IMG/VR virus record: IMGVR_UViG_3300050821_013430
Coordinates: 372,001-436,000 of that record
DNA length: 64,000 nt
Direction: 5' to 3' (one strand)
Shown piece after piece: positions 9,825 through 21,078 of this stretch (positions within the stretch are counted from its first letter, which is position 1; each line of letters starts with the position of its first letter). The position numbers and the translations under genes are program-made. The notes below the pieces were generated by a model. That model searched no databases and was not told the origin of the DNA. It was given only the letters and a program-made list of their open reading frames with translations.

Positions 9825-10198
9825 TGTCGTTCTCCTTCCTCAATCCATAACACACCATTCGGATGGAACCTGAACCATATCCACGCCGCTAACTGTGCAG
9901 TACAATACCAGCGATAGTGTCGGACAACATCAGATGGGTAAGTGATCCGCCACATCACTTCTTCCTGAATTGGATGATGACGTCTGCATACGGATGCCCC
10001 TGCACATACCACCAGGCAGCCAGCCAGGCAGACCACTTCCAGCGGTAGTATCCGACCACGAACGGCATCTTGTCATCGCCTACTTCTCGGTCTCGCGCAA
10101 AGGTATCGACTACTCGCCAGTTCTTGGAGGCATTGGGATCGATGGTGGTAATGATGTCAGGAGTGCGATACGGTTGAGTCGTCATTGGATACGCTCTT

Positions 10199-10543
10199 TC
10201 ATGGCAACGAACACATCTGCACTTCTCGATTGGATCGCGAAGCCATTCCGCACGCCACTTGCTCTTTGGTCATCTTGTTGGAGCAGAAGGAGTAGAAGCG
10301 TCCAGTGGTGCCGTTGTCGCGAAACTCCTGATCGATCAATTCAGTAGCGACTTTCAGATGCAGCGCGTCATACTCGTGGTCGGGATCGAATTGAGTGGCG
10401 ATGGTCAGTGCGATGCTATGGGCGTAGAGCCGGTCGCAATCCTTGATGGACGCTTTGAGCGGCTTGTAGATGGCAGCATTGGAAGGATGGCGAGCGCATC
10501 CAAGGAAAGAGAGAACGAGGATGATGGGTAGATACTGCTTCAT
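10199..10543 (-). CDS. putative lipoprotein
   Basis: MKQYLPIILVLSFLG-C lipobox. Confidence 0.6.
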   Translation of the reverse strand: MKQYLPIILVLSFLGCARHPSNAAIYKPLKASIKDCDRLYAHSIALTIATQFDPDHEYDALHLKVATELIDQEFRDNGTTGRFYSFCSNKMTKEQVACGMASRSNREVQMCSLP

Positions 10544-11569
10544 GGTGATACTGCCTTTCAGTGGCACTTGTGGTTAGCAAGCCTTACGATGGCATATATG
10601 CCCATCTACGCATCTTACTCTATGATGATAGCAGTCTTTGATTCCGCCGTGATTATAGCAACTCGGATGCGCGGGATGACTGATACCATCGGATGGGGAT
10701 TTGGTATCGAAGAGGCAAGCGAGAACAAGGATGATGATGGCTGCCTTCATGACTTTTGGAAGCAGTCCAGAGAATTGATCAGTTTGACGCAACCCAATTC
10801 ATAACACGCCAAGCGTCTCCGTTCTCGATCTCCCCACTGAACTTGTCCAGCGAGGATGGTTAGATACTCGGCAGTCGGTTGAGAGATCACCACCAATCCA
10901 AATCTACCCAACAACCATCGTAGTAGTTTGGTCATAGGTCAAATCCTTCCAGTTCTTCGGCCCAATGCCGAAGTATGCGACTGATGGTGTGAGTGGGGCG
11001 CACGTCTCCCATAGGGGGATATGGCCAGAAGAGTAGGGAGACGATCCAGAGAAAGGCGACAATGCGAACGATGCGATGTTGGGTGGGGGTCATGGTGCTG
11101 CTTGTCCTCTATCTCTTACGCGTCCGGCAGATTGAGGATAGGGAGACAGTGAGTTTCGTTATGCTTCCTCACCTGATCGATGATCTTCCCCGCCCAGAAG
11201 TCGACATTGGCGATTGAACTCTCGCCGGTCGAGTATCGATAGGCGGAGAGATTGGCCTTGTTCCGCAGAAACAGGTAGGTATCGTCGACTTTCATCTTGC
11301 TGCTCCTATCTCGCGTGGTCGATACCAGCGCTTGTTCCTTCTACTATACAGCGGCCCTCTCGTTCGGAAGCCAAACTGCCGCTTCTCTCTCTTGCTTGGC
11401 CACATGATGCTGATGATAAAGCCAAACAGGATCAGTTGCAGGCATCTCGCAACGATCTTGAAACCGGCCGCAGTGTAATCCTCATCAGCAATGTTGAAGA
11501 CATCAAAGGATGGAATCAGGTTGATGGAATGCCAGCGGTGAACGGTAAAGTCCCAGTTGCTTGGCCTCA

Positions 11570-11797
11570 TCATACACCCCCGAGACGAATGACCCACCAC
11601 TCCGCGTCCGTCATCACCTGCACATCATCCACTCCCCATATCTTGTTGAACGCGTCGGTCAGATGTTCCTTGACCATCTCCGTGCACTTCTCGTCGCTCT
11701 CCTTGGCTTTGACGCTGATGTAGAGGGACATCTCGGGATCCAGTGGATCGTGCTTCTTGGATGAGAGGTGAAAGACCCAAACTCTTCGTTCGCTCAT
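11570..11797 (-). CDS. hypothetical protein
   Basis: ORF in tiling. Confidence 0.45.
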   Translation of the reverse strand: MSERRVWVFHLSSKKHDPLDPEMSLYISVKAKESDEKCTEMVKEHLTDAFNKIWGVDDVQVMTDAEWWVIRLGGV

Positions 11798-11990
11798 GGT
11801 CAATTCCGCTCCTGACTGCCTACGCTGGTGCAGGGGATCGGGTGCCATTCCTCACCGTTGAGCAGAAAGGCCACTTCCGTTTCGATGGTCGTATATACCT
11901 TGGCCTTGCTCAGGGACGGAGAGAAGACATCGGGAACGCCGGTGAAAAACTGTCCGTCCTTCTTGCGACGGATGACATAGACGAACTCGC

Positions 11991-12281
11991 TCATAGCCCC
12001 CTCCCTTGAATGCTAACCCAGCCCTCGGGCTTCTTCTCTTTGAGGTATCGGATGGTTTGGATGCCGAACCTCAGTGTCTCGTACATCTCCTCCAACTCAC
12101 GACGCTCCATAGAGATCGGATGAGTAATCCCTTTTTCCAGCGTTTCCACGATGCAGTATCCGCCATACACTTCGTCGTAATCGAGATGCCAGGTGCCAGG
12201 GTGATGTCCCACTTCCTTTCCCATCGCCCAGCAGTAATTCTCGAAGGCTCGGTTCAAGTTCTCTTCGGTAGGCCTCATCAC
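11991..12281 (-). CDS. hypothetical protein
   Basis: Coupled ORF in tiling. Confidence 0.55.
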   Translation of the reverse strand: MMRPTEENLNRAFENYCWAMGKEVGHHPGTWHLDYDEVYGGYCIVETLEKGITHPISMERRELEEMYETLRFGIQTIRYLKEKKPEGWVSIQGRGL

Positions 12282-12893
12282 TTTGCTCCTTGACTATTCT
12301 TCAACATGCCTCGCACGGTATACACCAGAAAGACAAACCACCCGCCTCCGCACACCACATACCCGATGTTATGCGGCAAACGGAACATCAGATAACTAGC
12401 CACGCAGGCGACCACAAACACTCCCACTACCGCGAGAGAATAGAGCACCGCTTTGATCCAGAGTTTCATTGTCGTTCTCCCTGTCTAATGAGGATCGTGT
12501 CGATCTTCGTATGCACGCTCGCCATCTCTTTGATCCCTATCTTTCTCTCTTGCTTCCAATGCTGCTACCTTCGCGCGTTCCTTGTCGAGCGAGGCAAGTA
12601 GTCCGCACGCGTGTCTCACCCGCATTGTCAGGACATCGTAATGTCGTTCGATGCCGAGAAACTCTCTGACATCTTGCTCCTCTTGCGGAGTTAGCGGATC
12701 GTGTTTCATTCGGGTGCTCCTTGAAAGGCAGTAGGATCGGCGAAGAAGAGTCGTTTGGCCGCGCCGAGATAGACCTTGCGAGCGGCAAGGTCTTTCTGAG
12801 AGGGCTCGCGCTTCTCGTGCGGCTTGTTGAGAATAGCGAGAGTGTCGAGAAGGACGAGTTTGTCGAGGACGAGAAACAGCATGGTCATTCCTT

Positions 12894-13376
12894 TCAGTTG
12901 CTCACCGGCACCATCGGGCTTTCCACGAAACCGTTCGGGAAGAAGTTGTCGAAGCATCCCACTGTCAACGCAAACCCGCTGCCGGGAGCGCTTTCGCTTG
13001 CCACCAAACTCACCGCCTCGCTCTTGTAGGCCAGATTGAGATTGGACGAATTGAGCGTGTAGTTGCCAACATACTGGGCATCCACCTCATTGGCTCCGCA
13101 AGACCACTCCTTGGGCGTGAAAGTGATGGTGCCGCTTGAAAAGCCGGTAGAGTTGAAGATGCCACTTTCGATCTGCACCTCTCCCTGCGTAGGTGAATAC
13201 AGGTAGAGGTCATATAGGGAGTAGGTTCCGTCCTTGTTGAGGGTGAGGCCGAGACCTTCCGTTCCATCGGCGGTGGTGTAGATCCAATTGGTGTAGGGCG
13301 TCAGGGCTGCATCGTTGCTTCCGAAGCACCCCGCACCGCACACCAGTATCGCGCACATCATCGTTCTCATTGTCAT
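12894..13376 (-). CDS. putative lipoprotein (beta-rich, lipocalin-like)
   Basis: ILVCGAG-C lipobox; beta-strand-rich mature part. Confidence 0.65.
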   Translation of the reverse strand: MTMRTMMCAILVCGAGCFGSNDAALTPYTNWIYTTADGTEGLGLTLNKDGTYSLYDLYLYSPTQGEVQIESGIFNSTGFSSGTITFTPKEWSCGANEVDAQYVGNYTLNSSNLNLAYKSEAVSLVASESAPGSGFALTVGCFDNFFPNGFVESPMVPVSN

Positions 13377-13383
13377 CGTCCTT

Positions 13384-13647
13384 TCACTTGACTTCTGGCA
13401 CGCACATTGTCGAAGCGCACTGGAAGATCATTGATCCGTCCTCGGTGTTGGGCGATTGAGACCAACTCTTCTCCACAAAGCCAGTCTTGCACACACCTCT
13501 TGCAGCCTTGGCACACTCTGCATAATCGGAACACACCACCTCTTTGTAGTCAGTCTCTCCGACTTGCTTGGTGGTGCTGCTCCAATGGGTGGGATTGCAT
13601 CCGAGCACGCTCACGCACGCCACCAAGCATAGCATTGTCGCTTTCAT
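13384..13647 (-). CDS. putative Cys-rich lipoprotein
   Basis: MKATMLCLVACVSVLG-C lipobox. Confidence 0.65.
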   Translation of the reverse strand: MKATMLCLVACVSVLGCNPTHWSSTTKQVGETDYKEVVCSDYAECAKAARGVCKTGFVEKSWSQSPNTEDGSMIFQCASTMCVPEVK

Positions 13648-14012
13648 TGACCCTTCTCCTTGCGCTCATTGATCTCCTTCGGCTCCGCAGTAAGCAGGAA
13701 GTCCACAATCGGATACGGAAGACGCTCCAACATCAACTCTTCGGCCTCGGTCGGAAGGATGGTGGTAATCGTATCGCCTTCCGCCAGATGCACATGATCC
13801 AACAACACCTCGATCTCTTCCACTTTACTCCATCCTTTGGCGAAAGTGAGAGGATCGGCAGTCAATCTCACACCGAACCATGTCCAACTCTCCTTGATCC
13901 GAGAGATGCGAAGGATGCGATACCAACTCAATTCATCGAGCAAGAAGGCGAACACCCTCTCACCATTGGCGAGAGCCTGTTCGGTTTGCTCACAACGTCC
14001 TGTCATTGTCAT
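13644..14012 (-). CDS. hypothetical protein
   Basis: Coupled ORF. Confidence 0.55.
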   Translation of the reverse strand: MTMTGRCEQTEQALANGERVFAFLLDELSWYRILRISRIKESWTWFGVRLTADPLTFAKGWSKVEEIEVLLDHVHLAEGDTITTILPTEAEELMLERLPYPIVDFLLTAEPKEINERKEKGQ

Positions 14013-14022
14013 TGAAGCCTCC

Positions 14023-14490
14023 TCAGGTTAGACGATCCCACACCATCTTGCATCCAGTACACACCCAGTTAGGCCCGCCTGCTGCATATGGGAAGGAGTT
14101 ATGGCACTTGATGCAAGTCGGGCCGCTTGTTGGTGCACCACTCCCGAAGTCCGCCAGAATGATGTTCTCGTGCCATAGCCACAACGAGAAGGTATACCGA
14201 TCGATCTGCGAATGGCGCGGATTGTTGGCATTCTGAGCGGCCGCGACATACGCCGGATCGGAGATCCGATTCCTTGCGGTGAACGGCATATCCGAATCAT
14301 CGATCCATCCCAGCAAGTATGGATTGAGCGGATCGGCCAGGTCTTGGAAGATGACCGTTGCTTCGCATACCACACCCGTAGGCGTGGCTGACATAGCGGT
14401 TTGACCTGGTGCGATAGTGTGCGGACGGAGGTAGACACGCACCTTGTCCCCAATTCTGAGTGTTCCTGGCAGTCCTCGACCTTCCTTCAT
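14023..14490 (-). CDS. SH3/KOW-like plus C-terminal zinc-ribbon protein (paralog of 36056)
   Basis: LRIGDKVRVY...LLGW...CIKC...CTGC. Confidence 0.6.
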   Translation of the reverse strand: MKEGRGLPGTLRIGDKVRVYLRPHTIAPGQTAMSATPTGVVCEATVIFQDLADPLNPYLLGWIDDSDMPFTARNRISDPAYVAAAQNANNPRHSQIDRYTFSLWLWHENIILADFGSGAPTSGPTCIKCHNSFPYAAGGPNWVCTGCKMVWDRLT

Positions 14491-14491
14491 A

Positions 14492-15091
14492 TCAAGCCTT
14501 CCTTCCTTGTTTGGAAAGACGCTCTTGGTACTGCTCATCGTTCTCCATCTGCAAGAACTCATCGTGCATCACATAGAGTCGTCGTCCGACCATCGCGACA
14601 GTAATGCGACCCACGGGAGAGTCCCATGTACGAGAAGCAAAGAACACTTGCGTCCTACCCACATTCGAGTGATTGATCTCGTGGAAGAGGTTCATCTTGA
14701 TGGTCTCCTGTTCGTTCTGCGCCATCATCTTGGCGTTGTGTCGTTTGGTGTTGCATCGCAGGCATATGCAAGCGCTGTCATGGGCGATACGCGTTCTCTT
14801 CCCCTTCTTATCAGGAGAAGGGGTGGTAGGATTGACCACTGCACGAAGGAACTCATCGACTTCTTCTTGCCACTCTTCGCTATCCATCACCTCCTTAGAT
14901 GATTGCTCGCGAAGTATGAAGCCAGCATGAGCAAGACGCTTCTGCATCTTGTCCGGAAGCAGTGAGGAACCCTCGACATGGAAGATGGTCTCCACTCGAT
15001 TGGTGGCTTTCTCGATCAGCAACACCAATCGAGAACGATGTTTGACGGGCGGTAGCGATTCCCGACGATCGGGCATATCCTGAAACGGCAT
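14492..15091 (-). CDS. hypothetical protein
   Basis: 199-aa ORF in tiling. Confidence 0.55.
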   Translation of the reverse strand: MPFQDMPDRRESLPPVKHRSRLVLLIEKATNRVETIFHVEGSSLLPDKMQKRLAHAGFILREQSSKEVMDSEEWQEEVDEFLRAVVNPTTPSPDKKGKRTRIAHDSACICLRCNTKRHNAKMMAQNEQETIKMNLFHEINHSNVGRTQVFFASRTWDSPVGRITVAMVGRRLYVMHDEFLQMENDEQYQERLSKQGRKA

Positions 15092-15103
15092 GGTAGTCCC
15101 CTT

Positions 15104-15586
15104 TCACTTGTCGTCAATGTCGTAATGGAAGCGGATGCACTTCTGTTTGGTGTCATCCCACCCCAACATCTTGGCATCGCGTTCGATGATAGAATCATCA
15201 TGACGATCCCAGATGCTAACGGAGCGAGTTGAGCCGCTGGTCTTGTATGTACCATCACGTTCGACAACGCAATTGGTAGGCTTTCCATCGCGATCGTATT
15301 CCACCAGGATAATACCGTCCTTGAAGTGTTCGTAGGCTGACTCTCGCTGTTGTCGATCGCAGGCGTGTGCCCAGGCAACGATACCGATCACACCGCCATA
15401 GACCAAACCAGAACCGCTAACACCAATGATAGCGAACTTCGCTATCTTGCCAGCGATCCTCTCGAACTTGCTTGGCTTCTTGATCTGCTCTTCGAGAGTC
15501 TTTTCCTCCATCTCCCGATAGTTGGTGATGGTGATCTTGCCTTCTCCCTTGCACTCTGTACAATCGATGGTCTTTGTCATGGTCAA
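15104..15586 (-). CDS. membrane protein with N-terminal CxxCxGxG
   Basis: CTECKGEG motif and one long hydrophobic segment. Confidence 0.6.
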   Translation of the reverse strand: MTMTKTIDCTECKGEGKITITNYREMEEKTLEEQIKKPSKFERIAGKIAKFAIIGVSGSGLVYGGVIGIVAWAHACDRQQRESAYEHFKDGIILVEYDRDGKPTNCVVERDGTYKTSGSTRSVSIWDRHDDSIIERDAKMLGWDDTKQKCIRFHYDIDDK

Positions 15587-15886
15587 TTACTCCTTGAAGT
15601 TGTAGCCATACGGGCGGATCGGATCGATGGTGGTTGGTAGCATCCATGTGGGTGTGTAGATGGTGGCAGGCATGGGATAGACTTCCTTCGGAGAGCCGCG
15701 AAGTCCTGGGATGCTGCCCTCAAACCAGACGGTGGAAGACGGATCAATGGTCGGAATGGGTGAAACCCAATGACGGAAGGCAAGCATGAGACCGAATAGC
15801 AGTTTCATCGGACACTCCTTTCAACGAAGATGCCTACCACGATCCCCGAGACAAACTCAGGGATCGGGCGTAGATACCTACGGTTA

Positions 15887-16165
15887 TCAGGCAGCGACCT
15901 TGTTCTTGTTGGCTCCTTGCACTCGCGCCTTGCAAGACCCAGTTTTCATGCCTCCCTTGCGCCCGGCTTCGCGCGCCTCTTCCCTATTCCATTCGTAGCC
16001 CGGTGCTCGCCCTGTTTCCGGATTGATGACATGGGCTGCTTTCCCGCCCTTGCGGCTTGCTTCGATACGCTGCTCCTTGGACAGAGCGGCAAACCCACGG
16101 GGCTTGCGCACCTTCGGAGCGGCGGGAGTTTCTTCGGTGGTCGTGTTGATGTTGTCGGTTTCCAT
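15887..16165 (-). CDS. KGG-repeat general stress protein-like
   Basis: RGFAALSKEQRIEASRKGG and EEAREAGRKGG repeats (YciG/GsiB-type). Confidence 0.8.
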   Translation of the reverse strand: METDNINTTTEETPAAPKVRKPRGFAALSKEQRIEASRKGGKAAHVINPETGRAPGYEWNREEAREAGRKGGMKTGSCKARVQGANKNKVAA

Positions 16166-16945
16166 GGTGGTGTCCTTTCGGTGTCAGATGTCAGTTGAAC
16201 CAGAAGTGCTTGATGATGATTGCGACTGCGAAGATAAGGGTGGTGATGACGAACATGCGCATGTCTTTATCCTCCTTTGCCGAGCGAGGAACTTCCGCAT
16301 CGACTTTGCCCATTCAACGATGCCAATGGCTAAGGTCTGTTCGCGAGAATGCTCCAATCTCACCAGTCCGTTGCCATTGCGAAGGAAGCAGGTCATCCAA
16401 ACCTCGACTCGTGCTCGTGGTCTTTGCGGGTTTTGGTGTCGATACCAGAACATGATCCACACTTGGATTCGCCATAGGCCGCATTCCGATTGCAGCCGGG
16501 TGTGTTGCAGCGTCTCTTGGCTCGATTACGAAACTTCCAGGGATGATCGCTTGATTGTCGTGGCATTGTTGTTCTCCCTTTCTACGCAGACCATTGACTT
16601 TGTGTATCGGACGGAGTGGCGTTCTGCCAGAACATCCGCCACATCAGCATGTAGTACCACCAGTAGGCCGCTCTATCGCCTACTCCGTTCTTCCGATGAT
16701 CCATCTTACGCCTTCCAGTAGTTGGGATTGCACTCTCGCAACTCGTTGTCGGTGGCTTCTTGCCATTGAAGCCTCCATTCGAGACAGAAGCCCCACCACT
16801 GATTGATCAGTTTGGCGCGCTTGTCCATCTCATCCTTCCTTTCCCTTCATGAATGACTGAATAGTCAGCCACATCATTGGCGCAGAGATGGCAAAGATGG
16901 CGATCAACAGGACATGTAGCCACGGATTATCGGTATGTACGGGGT

Positions 16946-17314
16946 TCATTCGGTACCGCCTTTCTCTTTCCACTCTTCTAACGACGACCTATCCCATCTC
17001 AGCCACACCCATCTATCTTTGGGCTCAATGGGGTACCTCAATACCAGTTTCCAGACTTCGTAGCACACATCGCACCTCCACAGATACCCCTCTTTCAGTC
17101 TGGATATCCGCCATCGATGAAGATAGAACATCCCCTCGGTAAGAGTATTACTGTCGCGTGGCTTCTCGCACACGTGGCGAGACACTGGACGCACTGAGAT
17201 CAATCCTGATTTTGGCCCAGTAGGCTTTGACTGCGGTGGGACTTCCGCCACCGCTCGATAAGGATGAACGATGATCTCATCATTACTCTTTGGCATTGTC
17301 TTTTCCTCCGTCAA
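16946..17314 (-). CDS. zinc-binding paralog family A protein
   Basis: HPYR...GLI...HVC.KP...WRCDVC...WKEKGG. Confidence 0.6.
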   Translation of the reverse strand: MTEEKTMPKSNDEIIVHPYRAVAEVPPQSKPTGPKSGLISVRPVSRHVCEKPRDSNTLTEGMFYLHRWRISRLKEGYLWRCDVCYEVWKLVLRYPIEPKDRWVWLRWDRSSLEEWKEKGGTE

Positions 17315-17699
17315 TGCAGGTCAGTTTCGGTTTGTTCTTCTCCTGCTTGGCCGGAGAAAGAGGCACGGTCTTATGGCCACCCTTCTCATCGGAGAAGATG
17401 ATGTTAGTTGGGCCCCAACGAGGTGCTATCTTGTTTGGCCAGAGTATGAATCCGTAGATTTTGGTCTTGGTCTCATCTATCATCGCTACTACATCTGCGT
17501 GCATCTCATCAAGGTTCTTTGCTTCTTGCGGCGTGATGCACAAAAACAGTACCGATGATGGTCTCTTTCGATAGTCTTTGGGCATCTCACCATTCTCTGT
17601 ACCGGGACACACAGAGTAGTTCTTCCTAACCAGTCCAGCAATGATCTTGTCGGTGCTCATGGCGGTCAGAAGAACAAAACACGCCATTGCTTCGCTCAT
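17283..17699 (-). CDS. hypothetical protein
   Basis: Coupled ORF. Confidence 0.5.
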   Translation of the reverse strand: MSEAMACFVLLTAMSTDKIIAGLVRKNYSVCPGTENGEMPKDYRKRPSSVLFLCITPQEAKNLDEMHADVVAMIDETKTKIYGFILWPNKIAPRWGPTNIIFSDEKGGHKTVPLSPAKQEKNKPKLTCIDGGKDNAKE

Positions 17700-18175
17700 A
17701 GCGCCCTCGCCAGTTCTTTGCCCAGAAGCATGGCCATCAGATCGGGTTTATGCACCTGCCACCACGCATCCCACGGCAGATCAATCACTCCCGCATTGTT
17801 GCAGGATGAGCATTCATCGAGTCCAAGACACATCGGACACTTCTCGGTGTATTCCGGTTCTTCTTCTTGCCAAGTCTCTGCGTCAGTATCGATGTAGAGA
17901 TTAGAAGGAACATCCTTGGTGGCATCAGAGATGAGTTTGCAGGCGGTTTGGAATCCGGGGTAGTTATCCCAATCGGAATCACCTTCCGCCGGATCACCGA
18001 AACTACCGTCTTTGACCGGGCCGTAAAAGAGATCGAAAGTGGATTGGTTGATCAATCGTTGCAGTGATAGATCAATGCCGTTATGCTGCACCGTCGGATG
18101 CTTCTCCATGAAGTCCTTGGCCCAGGATTTCAGCGTGCGTTCGTATGCCTTGTCAGTCTTGCCTGAGTTGCTCAT
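17696..18175 (-). CDS. hypothetical protein with CxxC pairs
   Basis: CPMC..CSSC; SD GAGGAG. Confidence 0.55.
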   Translation of the reverse strand: MSNSGKTDKAYERTLKSWAKDFMEKHPTVQHNGIDLSLQRLINQSTFDLFYGPVKDGSFGDPAEGDSDWDNYPGFQTACKLISDATKDVPSNLYIDTDAETWQEEEPEYTEKCPMCLGLDECSSCNNAGVIDLPWDAWWQVHKPDLMAMLLGKELARAL

Positions 18176-18545
18176 CGTACTCCTCCTCTTCCGGCTCCGT
18201 TGATTCCTCTTTCGGATCGGCATGATCAATCAGGTTGAACAACTCCACCTGATAGTAGGCCACCCACAAACGCACACGCTCGGGTACATCTCGATTGCCG
18301 ATCGCTTCAATCACACTCTCGTGCAGGTTTGACCACCCATCGGCGGTGAGATCGTTGGACAGGAAGGTGCCGCAAGAGACACAATGCTCCGGATGATCGG
18401 AGAAGAGGTCTTGATTAGGGCCCTGCGGAAGTAGATCGCTATCCTGAGTATCCTCCTGACCTTCGTTGAGGAAGCGGTTTCGGATCTCAATCCCGCAACC
18501 TCCGCAGTAATCCGACCCTTGATAATGGTAGGTATCGATGCTCAC
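18153..18545 (-). CDS. hypothetical protein with CxxC pairs
   Basis: YCGGC...CVSC; acidic tail. Confidence 0.55.
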   Translation of the reverse strand: MSIDTYHYQGSDYCGGCGIEIRNRFLNEGQEDTQDSDLLPQGPNQDLFSDHPEHCVSCGTFLSNDLTADGWSNLHESVIEAIGNRDVPERVRLWVAYYQVELFNLIDHADPKEESTEPEEEEYDEQLRQD

Positions 18546-18720
18546 TTGACTTCCTCCTCTACTTCGATCTCTTCAACAACATCCAGGTACTTGACCTGCT
18601 CATAGAGCACGAACACCTGAACGGTGGCTTCTTCCTCATCCTTGGCTTCGATGGCAAGGCTCTGAGGCTTGCATACGTCGGTGGTGTCTTTGAGACGTCC
18701 GCTGAAAGTAGCGATGAACT

Positions 18721-18963
18721 TCATGTCTTCACCTCGGAATGGATGTTGCCACACTGTGGGCATATGTCTGCGATGGGGCCTGGCTCGTCGTTTGCGAGCA
18801 ACTCACGCACCACGGGCTGGAAACACCGTTGCTTGCTAAACCGATCGGCCGCTTGTCGGGCAGAGGGCAAGTCCATCTTAGCCATCCCGTTCTCGCCCCT
18901 TGTTCCGTGTCCCCATAGCCATCGGTTTTCCTCCATGCACCAGACATTGTAGTCAGCCATCAC
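18721..18963 (-). CDS. hypothetical protein with CPQCGN tail
   Basis: Ends ADICPQCGNIHSEVKT. Confidence 0.55.
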   Translation of the reverse strand: MMADYNVWCMEENRWLWGHGTRGENGMAKMDLPSARQAADRFSKQRCFQPVVRELLANDEPGPIADICPQCGNIHSEVKT

Positions 18964-19205
18964 TTCACCTCTTGGTGGAAATTACCGCATTGAGGACAAG
19001 CGTCGTCCGAGACAACCTCGAAGCCATGCATTGACCATGCCCAATCTACGCCAATCAACTGAAAGGTGCCGTGATTGCTTTTGGTTCCTACCGCTCTAAT
19101 CACCTCATACACCCTTCCAATCACGAGATGCTTGGCTGCGGAAAAACCAACCAACCCATCATCCACAGAGATGCACTTGACTTTCATTGTCGTCTCCTTA
19201 CGCAC
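18960..19205 (-). CDS. SH3-like protein with CPQCGN tail
   Basis: MKVKC...LVIGRVYEV; ends DACPQCGNFHQEVK. Confidence 0.55.
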   Translation of the reverse strand: MRKETTMKVKCISVDDGLVGFSAAKHLVIGRVYEVIRAVGTKSNHGTFQLIGVDWAWSMHGFEVVSDDACPQCGNFHQEVK

Positions 19206-19852
19206 GAGCGCAGTTATGCGTGAAGTTTGGGTTAGTGCGGGCTTTTGGCCCAGCCTTCCTACGAATGCCTCTCAGAGCCCACCCACAATGATCACAGATG
19301 ACCCTGTACCGCGAATCATAGTGAGACCCTTCCCCTATCACGATGATGTCATGCCTCTTCAATTCCTCGCATTGCTTCGCACGGCACTCATTACACCTGT
19401 CGTAGATGTTGTTGAACGCCTTACCGCACCGTTTGCAGAATCGACTCTTAGACCTCGGTTGACGAGCCATTGTTGTCTCTCCTTATTGGGGCGATGGTGA
19501 TGACCATTGATCCACCACCTTATCGATCTGATGCCCCATGGTGTATCCCACGCCAAACGCCACGAGACACAAGCCTATCGCTATTATCCACTGCTTCATT
19601 GTAGTCCTCCGATGATCTTGATCTTGATCCATTGTGGTCTGATGTAGCCCGTGATACCAGTAGTGGGCTGGGCAAACTTGACCAATTCACCATGCATGCC
19701 CACTACTACGCACTCCGCGCCCTTGTCGTGCAGTCGAAAACGATCGCCTGCTTGGAACATGGATTACCTCGTTGTTGCGACGCACCCGAAGATCAGTCCA
19801 AGAACGATGGCAACAGAGTACCACCATATGAACTCCTGAGTTAGAGTATCTC

Positions 19853-20068
19853 TCACGGGTGATGCTGCTTGCATTGAGGACACGGATCGGAGATCAGATC
19901 CAATTCCGAATCTCTGAACCATCTTCTGTCTTCCGCGATCCCTTCAACCCACACCGTGATCGCGGAATTGGTGGCGACGACGACTCCTGTCTTACCTCGA
20001 AAGTCGGTTTTGGTGCAGGTTTCGTTCACCCTCACTCGTTGTCCAGGCTTGATGTCTTCGTATCTCAT
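19853..20068 (-). CDS. KOW/SH3-like protein with CPQC tail
   Basis: IKPGQRVRV...GKTGVVV; ends DPCPQCKQHHP. Confidence 0.55.
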   Translation of the reverse strand: MRYEDIKPGQRVRVNETCTKTDFRGKTGVVVATNSAITVWVEGIAEDRRWFRDSELDLISDPCPQCKQHHP

Positions 20069-20079
20069 CGTATCCTCCT

Positions 20080-20436
20080 TCAATCGGTATGAGCGGTTTC
20101 CTCGATGTCCTCGAACAACGATGTCTGCTCCTTTACCACCGCCCTGACATCGCAAGTGATCTTGAACCACTCGCCATGATCGATGCTTGTAGCGCAGGAT
20201 GCGATCTTCTTCTCCTCCGCACCGAAGGAGACCAGGATCTTGGTGGTCTCATCCAGTGCAGCAGAATCCCCCGTCCATACCAGGATGTTCTTGTGCTTCT
20301 GACCCACTTCCCATCCTGATCCGAGAACGGGAAGACAATCTCTGGCGTTCTCTTCGGTCTCGAACTCCAATGCGATCTGCGCCCAGTATGCACCGTGAAA
20401 GTGATGAGCGAGAATGCCCTTCGCTGTAATCACCAT
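20080..20436 (-). CDS. hypothetical protein
   Basis: ORF in tiling. Confidence 0.55.
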   Translation of the reverse strand: MVITAKGILAHHFHGAYWAQIALEFETEENARDCLPVLGSGWEVGQKHKNILVWTGDSAALDETTKILVSFGAEEKKIASCATSIDHGEWFKITCDVRAVVKEQTSLFEDIEETAHTD

Positions 20437-20768
20437 GATGTCTCCTTGATCGCCTTCGACACCTCATCCGCCGAGAAAGTCGCCTCATCCACTTCGAGAT
20501 AGGCTACTCGCAGGTTATGGTTGGCTGCGTCCGTTTCCAGTTTGACCAGTCTCTCGGGGGAAAGTGGATAGACCAACATCACCCGATGCACATACCCGTG
20601 CGTACCGCTCAGTACAATCGCTTTCATCTCACACCTCTCTGGCAACATTCGCCCTTCGCTTTGGTTTGACTACGATCTGCCACACATCGATGGCAGTAAT
20701 GCCCAAGTAAGACCCCGCACCGACACAAGATCGGCTGCAAGTCAGACGAAGGACAGACAACTTCCCTA

Positions 20769-21065
20769 TTACACGACTGACAGGTCATCGTCTTCTTCCT
20801 CTTCTCGTCTGCACCAATCATCGATGAACCCTTCCACCAGCCTCACCAACTCCATGTTGGCGATGCGGTGGCTTCCGCTTGACTTCTTGTTCCGTCCGTT
20901 CGTCCTGATATCAACTGCTAACTGCTCCAAGCGAATGTCATTCGGGTTTTCCACCCACAAGTCGGTGAGTTTCTGCATCACCGCGGCTTTCTGTTCGTCG
21001 GTATACTCCTTCTCTTCCGGGTCAGAGTGCATTACCAGCGCCTTTGACTGCTTGGGGAAGTGCAT
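20769..21065 (-). CDS. hypothetical protein
   Basis: SD GGAGG; in tiling. Confidence 0.5.
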   Translation of the reverse strand: MHFPKQSKALVMHSDPEEKEYTDEQKAAVMQKLTDLWVENPNDIRLEQLAVDIRTNGRNKKSSGSHRIANMELVRLVEGFIDDWCRREEEEDDDLSVV

Positions 21066-21078
21066 TCATCCTCCTTGG

